A stretch of 64,000 bases of DNA, taken from NCBI GenBank assembly GCA_964187785.1, contig OZ076409.1:84508001-84572000 (forward strand). The letters are read 5' to 3'. Both the position numbers and the translations under genes were made by a program. Below the pieces are notes generated by a model. The model did no database searches, was not told where the DNA came from, and saw nothing but the letters and a program-made list of their open reading frames with translations. This document shows positions 51,094 to 62,495 of this stretch, one piece after another; the stretch's first letter is position 1; each line of letters starts with the position of its first letter. This stretch comes from Amphiscolops sp. MND2022 (Eukaryota).

Positions 51094-52182
51094 TTATTAC
51101 TTCCTTTTATTTTTAAACTCGAAAAGTCATGATTATGGAAACGTATAACATGGTACACATAACATGAAAAGCCAATTTTTGTTCAAAATAGAAACACTAG
51201 CGGAAACACCGCTGTTTTTTGTTGATTGAAAACTCGTTTCCCTAGTTGAGTTTGTTGTTTTCATGCATACAAGGCTAAGTTGTTCTACGAAACATGGTAA
51301 ATTCCGAATACACACTTCAAAAAACTCTGTAGAATTACAATGCAGCGTCCACTATTTCAATTAAAACTGGAAACGTTTCTACGTCTTCATCGTGTCGATC
51401 ACTTTGTTCTCACAACTTAGGCTCTCTCTGTACGCTTACCTGACGCTACTTTGAAACTTGGTACCATGATTGAAGGTAATTTACATTGGAATGGCGGTAA
51501 AATTGAAAAGGCCTGTGCTACATTGAAAAACAAAACTATTGCATATTAAAACTTGCAAAACTTCTTGGCTCCAAATTGCCGCCAAATTTAGAATGCATCG
51601 TTCAGGGGTCTTGAGAAAATTCAATTGAAACACCCTAGTTGAATCTGCGGGGGGCATTTTTTTTCTGCTGCTTTGATGCATACAATGCAATTTGTTTCAA
51701 ACAAAACATGGACAGTTCCTCCAGCCTGCTGGCATTTCTGTTTGGAATTACAATGCATTTTCACCTTTCTAAGCCCAAAATTGAAGACATTTTCACTTCT
51801 TTACTGTCTCGGTCAATTTGTTTTCACACTTCGGTTTCTCAAGTACTCAACTTATGTAATCACCATTAGCCAAAATGCACGCTCAACATGACGCGGCTTT
51901 AAAATGTTCGACGGGATTGAAAGTGATCTGCATCGAAATGGCGGTAAAAATAATAACGCCTCAGATGGACTTAGACAAAGGTGTCGGATTATTATTTGAT
52001 GTGCTCGATCTTGAAATAAAAAGACTTAGAACTAAATTAGAACCCTTTACTTTTATATTTATTCTCAGAATGAACGACAGTTTAGATAGAATTCAGATAC
52101 AAACTTTGTTCACGCTATTTTTCCTTATGAAGTCACGCCTTCTTGTTGAAAACTCAACAGGTTCTTCTTTTGAGTCACAAAA

Positions 52183-53460
52183 AATAGTTAATTTTCAACA
52201 TATTTACAGTCAAAAAGTGTGGACAATGTTTGTTCAAAAGAAAAAAGTATTCCAATGAAAGTAAACTTCCAGTTATGGGGAAAACATAATGAAATTTTCT
52301 TACATTTCCCTCAAAAAAAATGGGGGAGGGGGTGTATAACGAAAAGAGCCAATTTTTTACAAGTTTCTCCGAATAAAAATCTTCAATAGGTTGCACAGTG
52401 ACAAAAACGCCTCAGGGGGCATTCCATGCTCATCAAAGTTTTTATTTCTCCAAGACAGTAAAACGGGGCTATTCAGTAAAATATCAAAAAAAAAGTAGAA
52501 TAGTGCCAAAAAACATCAGAGAGGTACACTTTTGGTCTTTCCTCTACCTTTGCAAAAGTTGATTTAGTGCTGGACTCGAACCCACGCGCTTCTGTTTCTC
52601 AGGCCCTGTCACGAGGACTGGAAACCATGGTTAAAAACTAGATATGTTACTGTTTTGGTTGAGTCTTTTCAATGAACTTAAAATCGATTCACTGATCTCT
52701 TCTGAAGCCTAACCTGTTTCAAAAGGAGCTCCAATTTTTCGATATGGAAGGAAAGTATCCCGTTCGCTTGTTCCATGACGTTCGCAACGATTTAGTTCTA
52801 CAAAACTCGAATCCAAGCAATATCCTCCATGGTGGTCCAGGTATCAAGATACACCTAATGTGAGCGTTAACTTCGTCTTTCGTCTTCTGTGAGCCATTAC
52901 GTACCCGAGAAACGGATCACCTTTTGAATAGCTTTTGCTATTTTGCACTCTCAAAGACCCTAATTGTTTTGCAATCATTTAGGAGTCGCAATTTCAAAAG
53001 ATAATAGTTAATTTTCAACATATTTACAGTCAAAAAGTGTGGACAATGTTTGTTCAAAAGAAAAAACTATTCCAATGAAAGTAAACTTCCAGTTATGGGG
53101 AAAACATAATGAAATTTTCTTACATTTCCCTCAAAAAAAATGGGGGAGGGGGTGTATAAAGAAAAGAGCCAATTTTTTACAAGTTTCTCCGAATAAAAAT
53201 CTTCAATAGGTTGCACAGTGACAAAAACGCCTCAGGGGGCATTCCATGCTCATCAAAGTTTTTATTTCTCCTAGACAGTAAAACGGGGCTATTCAGTAAA
53301 ATATCAAAAAAAAGTAGAATAGTGCCAAAAAACATCAGAGAGGTACACTTTTGGTCTTTCCTCTACCTTTGCAAAAGTTGATTTAGTGCTGGACTCGAAC
53401 CCACGCGCTTCTGTTTCTCAGGCCCTGTCACGAGGACTGGAAACCATGGTTAAAAACTAG
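52183..53460. repeat. Near-identical ~460-bp direct duplication (52183-52641 and 53003-53460)
   Basis: Direct sequence match with very few differences. It contains a reverse-strand B-box-like GGTTCGAGTCC and lies next to the assembly gap. Confidence 0.85.
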
Positions 53461-53564
53461 GCCAAATGACATGTGAAATGAAGTAAAACTCTCAGCTAAA
53501 TCAGAGGTTATTTGTTTTTTTTTGGAAAGCAAAAAAGAACAAATGCATCAATCAGCTATGTTTG

Positions 53565-53764
53565 NNNNNNNNNNNNNNNNNNNNNNNNNNNNNNNNNNNN
53601 NNNNNNNNNNNNNNNNNNNNNNNNNNNNNNNNNNNNNNNNNNNNNNNNNNNNNNNNNNNNNNNNNNNNNNNNNNNNNNNNNNNNNNNNNNNNNNNNNNNN
53701 NNNNNNNNNNNNNNNNNNNNNNNNNNNNNNNNNNNNNNNNNNNNNNNNNNNNNNNNNNNNNNNN
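53565..53764. other. Assembly gap (200 N)
   Basis: Run of N. Confidence 1.
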
Positions 53765-53794
53765 AAGTTCTAATCTCAACATTTACTGTATATT

Positions 53795-56280
53795 TGTCAC
53801 AGTCCGCTCCCGGACTGGATTGTGGATGTAGACGGATTGGGTTCGGACGAGGACACGGCTGTACAGCGAAACTTTCGAAAAGGTATTTTGGCTACTGACT
53901 TGAACTTTCATACTAATGTTAGAATAAACTGTGACTAAAAGTACGTCTAGCTTGCGCAAAGTTTAAATGAAAATGAGAACAGAAACTAAAATGAGCCAAA
54001 ATGATTTCACACACTTCCGGCAGGACGTTTTCATCTCGTCAAAATAGAAACATTCGCCACCTGAAAACTTAATTAAGTATACGTTTTGAAATAAAGACCA
54101 TAGACTGATCTAAACGAAAACATACCCAAAATCACCACTGGAAAAAGGACATTATCTGGATCTAAAATAGAAAGTACATTGAGATGACACACTGAAATAT
54201 ATACTCCTTTTCTAAGAAAGGCGGCTTAATTGCACTTTGAACAGCAGTTAGTGCGGATTAGGACGTCGGCACTGCGCTAGGTAAACAAAATAAAGGATAC
54301 ATGTATATTAGGCGTCAGTAAGAAGCAGACTTGAAAGTATATAATGTGACGTCACCGTTCCGTCCGCGCTCACTGGAGAACCATTCCAATTTACCGCCTA
54401 TATTAGTGACACTACTTAAAATCATTCCAATTTTCCGCCATAGTGACGTCACGGTATTGCCTTCTCGGCGCGGACTAATTCTTACTTCAAATTTACGTCC
54501 GCGTTACGTCCAATACCGGCGGCCTATAGCCAATCTTAATACGTACGTCCACGTTACGTCCGAAATCCATCAAAATAGTCGGTTTAATCCATCCAATTCA
54601 GTGGAATGAATATTAATATGTCGGATTTGACGGAAGAGAAACGTTTAAAGATGTTTTAGAACTCTACGAGGTTAAGGATAAAACTTGATAATTTACGTCC
54701 TGTTCCCGTCAATAAAAATACTAATCTTTTGGAATCACATTGTAAAATGACCCGATTAGGATTTCCATGTTCTTCATAATTAGAGTCACAGTTTATTCCA
54801 AAGGGGGAATGCTATTAATGTACATTTTATGCTGTTTGAAGCAGACCATAAATATGATTGTGTGTAACCTGACGTCAATCTGACGTATCTGAAAAGTTAT
54901 GAGCTATGAACCAGCAAAGAATATATTTTAATAATGAGGTCATATTTTTGTAATATTCATGTTCGTGTTTCTCCCCCAATATAACTGTGCTTGCTGTTGT
55001 TTTATACATCTCATTGTGATCATTTTCATACCACTTTTGGCAACTGACTGTTTCACTTTTATTAGTTCGGTCCAACGACGTTAAGACGTCAAAGTTTAAA
55101 TTCGAGTACGAATGAATTCAATTATGAAATTCATACTCGTTAATACCTTTGATTTTAATACGTCATAGCTCCGTCCACCTTTTCAGCCAATTTTGTAGTA
55201 GCCAAGAGCTGTTGCCAAATCATTCTAGTTTTCTAATGTAAACGTTGGTGTTACGTTAATTTGGTTTAATTACTATTTATCTGAATTGGGAATTCAACTC
55301 AAAAATTGGAGCTAATTCCATAGCTTTGTCTTTACTTTTCCTAGCATCATTGGAAATTCCAAAGCTGAAAACATTAGTCATAGCATTTCCTTCAAGTAAA
55401 AATTCAAAATCAGGTATTAGTTGTTCACGTCAGCGTCATCTCAGCGTCATTTTCTTACGAACCAAAGCAGTAAAACAGGGAATCATTTCCGGTTTGACAG
55501 ACTGAAGTAATATCTACTTCCTGCTTGGGAGGAAAGCAAAGGACGCCGAGCTGAAATGATATGATCGTGGTTGATGACTAATGCTAGATTGAAATTGTCG
55601 TGTCTCAAAAATTGACGAGTTATCGACGTAAAATTGGGAACAAAATGATTTTTTCATCGAAAATACAGGAAATGACTAATTGTCCGAGGAAAATTAGGAT
55701 TTTAATCGTGATCAAATGATGCTAGGAGGGTATATATAGGATGATTTTCATTGACTCAGGGACTCAGTCTTTTGCAATTGTTTAATTCAGTCGAATTCTC
55801 AATTTCGCTAAACTCTAATCTCAGCTAACTTTGTTGAAAACTATCTTTGGAAAAATCAATTCTTCAAGATAAAACTTTTCTTCAAAATGTCTACAACTAG
55901 AAGCCAGAAAAGAAGGAATGAGCAACAAGGCGACAAGGACGTAAGTGAAGGTTTTATTTCACCGATAGTGGTAGAAAATCCGTGTTCTTCAAACCAGGAC
56001 GTAGACGTGTCGGGTCCTTCTAGACCAAAATCTCCTCGAATTGAAAATAGTCTCTTGGAGAGTTTAAGGGCATCCTTGAAAGATGAGATAACATCGGAAA
56101 TTAAGACTCTTCTTGCCGAATCCCAGAGAGAGATGTTGAAACTACTAAAACCTGAAACAAGGGGAAATATCAGGGAAAATACTGAGGAAGAAGTAGAAGA
56201 GGAAACTAGAAACTTTTATACCCCTACAAAGTCAGTGAGGATAAGTTCATCTCAAAACGACTCGATAGCATGTCGTAACA
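53795..56280 (+). repeat. Putative 5' LTR of element 3 (~2.5 kb)
   Basis: Right end fixed by ...GTAACA|TGGTGACAGGAG. Left end inferred from TGTCACAG, which resembles element 1 TGTCCCAG and opens an SQSA.. frame in the same phase as element 1's SQAA.. tail. The second LTR is outside the window. Confidence 0.6.
55731..55763 (+). promoter_or_regulatory. Putative LTR core promoter TATATATA-N16-CTCAGGGAC, followed by Inr-like TCAGTC
   Basis: Same motif and spacing as element 1; about 155 nt upstream of the gag ATG. Confidence 0.65.
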
Positions 56281-57323
56281 TGGTGACAGGAGTTTTAACC
56301 GACTCCACTAACCAGCCAAAAAGAACGAAGGCCCGGTCCCAAAGTCAGCCAACGTCAAAAGAACGTCCAGTTGTGGCAAGGACCCTGTTTACATCGGAAA
56401 AAGGTGACAGCACAACGCTGCCCATGCCAAAGGCGCTAACGACATCTCTCCCAACGTTCGACGGGAAATCGGAAAAATTTGAATTATTCGAAGATCTTTT
56501 CCGCAACAACATAAAAATGTATCCCCATCTCACGGAAATACAGAAAATTAACTATTTCCACTCGCTACTCAGAGGAGACGCCCTCCAGGCGTTTTGCAAT
56601 ATAGAAGATACGAAAAAAGATTCCCTTGACGAAATAATGACGATATTCAAACGACGTTTCGGGGACTACCTGTCTACGGCTAAAGCAAGATGTGAATGGG
56701 ATGCGCTCAGATTTGACCCCTCGAACCAGAAACTCCATGAATTTCTAGACGTACTTCAAAAAACGGCCAAAGAAGCCTTCGGATCTGAAGCCCAACAATT
56801 CATTGACAAGGCAATATACGCAAAAATGCCAGATCATGTAAAAAAGATACTAAACAGGGCGTATCTCGAAGACAAGCCATATAATGACATTGTGCTACAC
56901 TTGGAAAGAGAAATGAGGCTTAACGGCCTTGGGGCGCCAGATGAAGTAACACTGGTACCACTAAATAAAGTAGAACCGGCCCCAACAAAAACTGAGTCCA
57001 AACAAGTCGACAGCACGACGCAAAATGTCAAAAAAGGATATTGCTTCTACTGCAACAAATTTGGACACTACAAAGCGGAATGCAGGAAACTGAAGAGAGA
57101 TAAATGGATGCAGACCAAGAAGAACAATGGTCAAACCAACTCTAGTGCAGGCAAGTCGCTTAAATGCGACACATGCGGCAAACCTCACAAAGCGGAAGAT
57201 TGTTGGAACGGAGCCAACTCTGCCAACGATCCACGACCTAAGCGTCACAATAACCCGGAATCAAAAAGGGACGTTCCCGTCCAACCAACGACAGCTAACT
57301 CTGTCATTGAATCAAAAAACTAG
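55887..57323 (+). CDS. gag: Gag (478 aa) of element 3, initiating inside the LTR
   Basis: FDGKSEKFELFEDLF capsid-like block; knuckles CFYCNKFGHYKAEC and CDTCGKPHKAEDC; homologous to element 1 Gag. Confidence 0.92.
   Translation: MSTTRSQKRRNEQQGDKDVSEGFISPIVVENPCSSNQDVDVSGPSRPKSPRIENSLLESLRASLKDEITSEIKTLLAESQREMLKLLKPETRGNIRENTEEEVEEETRNFYTPTKSVRISSSQNDSIACRNMVTGVLTDSTNQPKRTKARSQSQPTSKERPVVARTLFTSEKGDSTTLPMPKALTTSLPTFDGKSEKFELFEDLFRNNIKMYPHLTEIQKINYFHSLLRGDALQAFCNIEDTKKDSLDEIMTIFKRRFGDYLSTAKARCEWDALRFDPSNQKLHEFLDVLQKTAKEAFGSEAQQFIDKAIYAKMPDHVKKILNRAYLEDKPYNDIVLHLEREMRLNGLGAPDEVTLVPLNKVEPAPTKTESKQVDSTTQNVKKGYCFYCNKFGHYKAECRKLKRDKWMQTKKNNGQTNSSAGKSLKCDTCGKPHKAEDCWNGANSANDPRPKRHNNPESKRDVPVQPTTANSVIESKN
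56281..56292 (+). other. Primer-binding site of element 3 (TGGTGACAGGAG)
   Basis: Identical to the element 1 PBS and follows ...TAACA. Confidence 0.85.
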
Positions 57324-57370
57324 ATACGCCGCGCCTGCGCTTCGGGGAAACAGTAGACGCGAGGGCGTAT
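57314..57370 (+). other. -1 frameshift signal: A AAA AAC plus downstream stem-loop
   Basis: TCA AAA AAC TAG. ATACGCC (57324-57330) pairs with GGCGTAT (57364-57370), with inner GCG-CTGC/GTAG-CGC pairing. The -1 frame is open from here into the pol ORF at 57803. Confidence 0.8.
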
Positions 57371-60300
57371 TCACCAAATGATCCCCCTACTACATACACC
57401 AACGAAACAACTATAGAATGTGACGGAACTCCAACAGAGGACTGGCTGAGACGTCAAGCACTCGCTTCCATACGAAGACCCCTCATACAAACCGAAAAGG
57501 AACTGACACAAGATGAGGATCATGGAGACGACCACAAACAACACCCAAATCTTCTCATACAGCCACCCCTCACCAATACAACACAATCCACCATAACCCA
57601 AACAGAACAAACCGAAAACGCCCTCGACGACCAACCATCGTCAACACAGACAAAGGAAGATACCTACGGCTCCACCCAAGCACCTATCTTCCCAGAGGAT
57701 TTCCCCACATCTCTTAACTCTATCAAAGAGTATGTTACTGAAAAAGATGGAGAGACGTACTTACCACTCCACTCCACCATAGTCCTCAAGAATAGAAGGA
57801 GAATGCTGTACTTGCCACTCGAATTCGGCGAGATAACAATGGACGGACTCGTCGACTCAGGCGCGTTCATCAATGCCATGTCCTGGTCAGATTACAACGC
57901 AATCAAAATGAATAGTGATAGTTGTGTCATAAAAGAATACCCCCAACCCCCCTTCAAGATTGAATGCGCAAACGCACAACTAGAACAACCAATAGCCACG
58001 GCAGACATCCAGTTCAATATTGGAACATATACCTTCACGGATACCTTCGTCATCCTATCGAAAACGTCATTCCCTATCATAGGATTGAACTTCATGAGAA
58101 ATCATCAAGCAGTAATTGACACTGCCAACGGAACCATCAATTTCCCGCACGTCGAAATGACGTTAGCCATGACAGACGAAATGAAAAAATGCAACCCAAA
58201 ACCGCTTCAAATAATGGCAGAAGGACATCAGACACTGCCGCCTCAACAGACAACAACAGTAAACGCAATAGTCATAACCACAAACATGCATGACGTCACT
58301 GGTGCGGTACAACCACTACCACAATTTGATGAAACAGCAACAATCATTGTTGCACCAGCTCTGGCGACAGCCCATAACAAAAGGCTCAACATCAGAATCG
58401 CCAACCTAACGGATTTCCCACATACAATAAAGAATCATACAAAGCTGGCAGAACTACAAATCCTCAAACCTGAGGACACGAAACAAATACGACCAGTTGA
58501 CGCCGCCGCACTCAAATTGTTAGAAGATCCTGATGACACACACATGTACATCAACGAGCTTATGAAATCAAATGAACACGAACAAAGCGATGAAAACCTC
58601 TGGTTCCCCACACCCGAGAATCCAGGGAACGAAGAGGAACATACGCCAATCCAACGTCGGATCTTGAAGGAAATCCGTGAACTCATCCAAAAGGAAAACT
58701 TAGATCCAACCAAAGACCCAGAATCAAGACAAAAATTCCTTGACATGTTCCAGTGGGAAGGCTCCCAAATCGAAGGCAATGACAGGAAGCAACTTGAACA
58801 AACAATAATCGAATACAACGACATTTTTGCGCGTCATCGCCTTGACATTGGAATCAACAATAGCTTCAAAGTCAAATTAACTCCGAAAGACGAGCGTCCG
58901 ATTTACACGCAAAGTTTGCCGGTACCAATCAATTTGAAAGAAGACCTAACAGTCGAATTGGCGCTAATGCACAGGTACGGCATAATAACGACCCTACCAT
59001 TTTCAAAGTATGCAAGCCCAATTTTCGCACAGAGAAAACCAAATGGCAAATTGCGTCTACTTGTCGACCTGCGAAAAATAAACGCACTAATCTCAGATGA
59101 CTACATCAACAATAACCATCCAGTTAGCACCTTGTCAGATGCGGCTAAACACCTAGCTGGTAAAAAGCTATTTTGCAACTTAGACTGCTCTCAAGCATAC
59201 CACTGCTTACAAATGGCAGATCAAAGATCCATTGAAATGCTGGCGTTTAACTTCGCAAGCAGGACGTTTGCCTACAGACGCTTAGCACAAGGACTGAGCA
59301 GGGCTCTGTCGGCATTTTCAAGTTTCATGAGAGAATACTTAGACAAAGTGATCAAAGCCGACCAGTGCGCACAATATGTGGATCATATCGGGATCGCAGC
59401 CAATTCAGTGACGCAACTGATACGTAACATCAAAGCCGTTTTCGAATGCATCAGACAAGCGGGGCTTAAACTAACCATAGAAAAATGCCATTTCGGGGTG
59501 ACTGAGGTTGAATTTCTTGGAAGAACAATCACTCCACAAGGAATTGCCCCCCAAGACCATAAAATACAAAAATTTCTGGCAAATGTACGATTTCCAAAGT
59601 CAAAAAAGCAGGTACAAAGATACATTGGTTTTGTCAATTATTATCGCAATTACATCCCGCGATTATCTGAAAAATTACTCGGATTCTATGAATTGTTGAA
59701 AGCAGATAAACAAATCAAAATCACAGAAGAATTACTTGACCATTACAAAGCTATCAACGCAGCACTGGCGCAAGCTTGCGGTTTGGCACTCAAACAACCA
59801 ATCACAGGACGACAGTACGTCCTGATGACGGACGCCAGTTTCCGAGCCTCCGGCTACGCACTAATGATTGAAGAAAACAACGACAAAAAACTCAATTCAA
59901 AAAAGAAGACATTTGCGCCTGTCGCATTCGGATCGAAAGTATTTTCCCCAGCTCAACTAAAAATGTCTATTTACTGCAAAGAATTCCTAGCAATTTACCA
60001 TGCATTTCTAGAATACAGCCATATATTGTGGGAAGCGCCGCTACCAACACTCGTAATGACCGATAACAGGTCAGTCACACGCTTCTTTCAAACAAAAGCC
60101 ATACCGCCTACGCTGTGGAACGCATGTGACTATGTGCTACAATTCAACTTCCACATAATGCACGTCGCTGGTACGCAAAACACTGCAGCTGATTTCTTAT
60201 CACGCATTGAACTTACCCCCAAAGAACGAGTTGAATTGAAAATAAGAGAGGACATTACAATCAGGCCCATCCAAGTGAATCTCCAATCTACGGACGTCGC

Positions 60301-62011
60301 GGATGAGGAACAGCTTTTCTTCCTTCCGGATGAAACAATTGAAACAGAAGAAGAAATCCTATTGCAGAAGGAACAAGCTAGACAAAATGCGCGCGACGAG
60401 GAGACGTCCAAAATTAAACTAGCCATCAAAGAAACCGCCCCAATCCCAATAAATAAAGCATCTTATACTTTTGGGGCAATAAAAGAAGACGCACGCAATA
60501 GAGTCGAACAAGACTCGAATTTGGTTTTCAAAGCAATCAAAAAGAAACTGATATGTGAAGAATACGACAAACACCTTCTACAGACCGATCCGACAGCCAA
60601 ACGTCTCCTACTCCACGAGAACAGACTAATAGTGAAAGATGGAATACTAATGCGCAAATACTACGGGGAATGTGGCCAAGTCACTCACCATCAAATTTTA
60701 ATCCCTGAACACTTAATCACAGAACTCTTGAAAGCAATTCATGGACAAATGGGAAAGCACCCAGGAATCACAAAAATGATCCAAGAATGCCGATCAAAGT
60801 ATTACTACCCCGGACTAGCAAAGAGGATCAGACAGTGGGTAATGCAATGCGAAGACTGCATCAAATACAAACGAATCAACAACAGCCAAATCAGACCGAA
60901 AATGATCAACAATACGGAACACGTCCTTGGTCCGGAGGACATTCTTGAAATTGACATACTACCAAATTTGCCAAACTCTGCAGGATACCAGAACATCGTT
61001 ACAATGATCGACGTATTTTCACGGTACCTATTTGCATATCCAACGCAGAATGTCACAGCGAAAACAATCGGACGATGCATTGTCGACGTTATGACAAGAC
61101 ATGCATACTTGCCAACACTAATCCTATCAGACAAGGGCTCACAATTCCGATCAGAAGTCGTCACAGAAATAGCCCAAATACTCGAGATTCAAATCAGCCA
61201 CGCGTCTACAAAACATGCACAAACAATCGGAATTTTGGAGAGAACGCACGCTTCAATTAAAACTGCTCTAAAAATATCAACAGGCGAACGACGCTCAATG
61301 TGGCACAAATATGTCCAAATCGCAGTGATGAATTACAATACAACATACCACGAAACTCTGGGCTGCGAACCATTTACAGTATTTCACGGACGTATACCTT
61401 ACAACGTTCTTGATTTAAAACTAGGCATCAAGCCAAAGTGGAAAACCACCCCCCATTCGGATATAGCAGAACAACTCCAAAAACAAATTGACGAAGTGCG
61501 AGCGACGGCAAAGGACAACATCATGCTGTCCTATCTCAAATACAAAAAATATTACGACCGCAAAGCGTCTGCAGCTCCACTGAAGATCAACGATTATTGT
61601 TACATACTCAATCCGAAAGCCGACAACCAGTCGACGAAGTTTGCGTTCCAAGACTGCATATGGACTGGCCCGTACATAGTGATCAAAGTGCTTTCCAATA
61701 ACAACTACACAATACGCAAACTTGGCACAAGATATACACAAACACTACACAGAATTCGCATACGACCTTACGTGCCAGAACAACGATTGCCTGACGTCAC
61801 AGTACGAGCCGACAATTACCTTCCCGATCCAGATGTCAAAATTTCACACAATGAGTGGTACGCAGTCTCATGGGAAATGGATTTCGGGAAACAGATCGAC
61901 GAGCACGAGTCGCGAGAAAACGAAAACAATCATCAACAACCAGTCACACAAGAGGTAGCGAACACGCAGGACGAAACGGCGACGCAACAAATACTGGACA
62001 AGGAACCTTAA
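57320..62011 (+). CDS. pol: Pol polyprotein of element 3 (PR-RT-RNaseH-IN); RT motif reads YVDH; in-frame tail continues past a TAA to 62251
   Basis: LVDSGA protease motif; LDCSQAYH and QYVDHIG (RT); MTDAS (RNase H); H..HPG..CEDC and D,D,E integrase motifs. ORF 62066-62251 is in the same frame after the stop. Confidence 0.93.
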   Translation, partial: LDTPRLRFGETVDARAYSPNDPPTTYTNETTIECDGTPTEDWLRRQALASIRRPLIQTEKELTQDEDHGDDHKQHPNLLIQPPLTNTTQSTITQTEQTENALDDQPSSTQTKEDTYGSTQAPIFPEDFPTSLNSIKEYVTEKDGETYLPLHSTIVLKNRRRMLYLPLEFGEITMDGLVDSGAFINAMSWSDYNAIKMNSDSCVIKEYPQPPFKIECANAQLEQPIATADIQFNIGTYTFTDTFVILSKTSFPIIGLNFMRNHQAVIDTANGTINFPHVEMTLAMTDEMKKCNPKPLQIMAEGHQTLPPQQTTTVNAIVITTNMHDVTGAVQPLPQFDETATIIVAPALATAHNKRLNIRIANLTDFPHTIKNHTKLAELQILKPEDTKQIRPVDAAALKLLEDPDDTHMYINELMKSNEHEQSDENLWFPTPENPGNEEEHTPIQRRILKEIRELIQKENLDPTKDPESRQKFLDMFQWEGSQIEGNDRKQLEQTIIEYNDIFARHRLDIGINNSFKVKLTPKDERPIYTQSLPVPINLKEDLTVELALMHRYGIITTLPFSKYASPIFAQRKPNGKLRLLVDLRKINALISDDYINNNHPVSTLSDAAKHLAGKKLFCNLDCSQAYHCLQMADQRSIEMLAFNFASRTFAYRRLAQGLSRALSAFSSFMREYLDKVIKADQCAQYVDHIGIAANSVTQLIRNIKAVFECIRQAGLKLTIEKCHFGVTEVEFLGRTITPQGIAPQDHKIQKFLANVRFPKSKKQVQRYIGFVNYYRNYIPRLSEKLLGFYELLKADKQIKITEELLDHYKAINAALAQACGLALKQPITGRQYVLMTDASFRASGYALMIEENNDKKLNSKKKTFAPVAFGSKVFSPAQLKMSIYCKEFLAIYHAFLEYSHILWEAPLPTLVMTDNRSVTRFFQTKAIPPTLWNACDYVLQFNFHIMHVAGTQNTAADFLSRIELTPKERVELKIREDITIRPIQVNLQSTDVADEEQLFFLPDETIETEEEILLQKEQARQNARDEETSKIKLAIKETAPIPINKASYTFGAIKEDARNRVEQDSNLVFKAIKKKLICEEYDKHLLQTDPTAKRLLLHENRLIVKDGILMRKYYGECGQVTHHQILIPEHLITELLKAIHGQMGKHPGITKMIQECRSKYYYPGLAKRIRQWVMQCEDCIKYKRINNSQIRPKMINNTEHVLGPEDILEIDILPNLPNSAGYQNIVTMIDVFSRYLFAYPTQNVTAKTIGRCIVDVMTRHAYLPTLILSDKGSQFRSEVVTEIAQILEIQISHASTKHAQTIGILERTHASIKTALKISTGERRSMWHKYVQIAVMNYNTTYHETLGCEPFTVFHGRIPYNVLDLKLGIKPKWKTTPHSDIAEQLQKQIDEVRATAKDNIMLSYLKYKKYYDRKASAAPLKINDYCYILNPKADNQSTKFAFQDCIWTGPYIVIKVLSNNNYTIRKLGTRYTQTLHRIRIRPYVPEQRLPDVTVRADNYLPDPDVKISHNEWYAVSWEMDFGKQIDEHESRENENNHQQPVTQEVANTQDETATQQILDKEP

Positions 62012-62495
62012 ATTACGGACGACAAAGCGCTGCCATCTCCGGACTTTTCAAATCTTACTACAGACGTGGGGGATAATCCATATATACGGCGCCCCCCACC
62101 CATTGAAAGTCCACCTATTCCCCCCAGTTCACCGCCTACAACTATTGGATATAATCCGAGAAAAATAGCAAAATACAACTTACGACCTAACCCTAAACCT
62201 AACACGAATCCTGACTTCAGACGACTTGACGCTCTGACTACGACTATGTAAAAGGAAAAGAATCATCTAGAGTCCAGATCGAACCGACCTGACAACTTCA
62301 ATTAAAGGCATACTACGATCTTCAATTTTTTTTCCTCTTCTTTTCTCAATGACTATATACTACAGCCATTCAATATTTTTTTTTACGAGATTATCAACAT
62401 GAAATCAACAGCCCGCTTGAGCAGGTAACAAACAAAAGAAATATACAAACTACGGACATCAAACTAACAAAGTTCAAAATAACAACAAAGGTTCA

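Noticed and set aside
52183..53460. Biological tandem duplication or tRNA gene
   Set aside because: The near-identical copy abuts an N gap and may be an assembly overlap. Only a B-box-like motif is present, with no cloverleaf.
53512..53831. ORFs spanning the N run
   Set aside because: Artefacts of the assembly gap.
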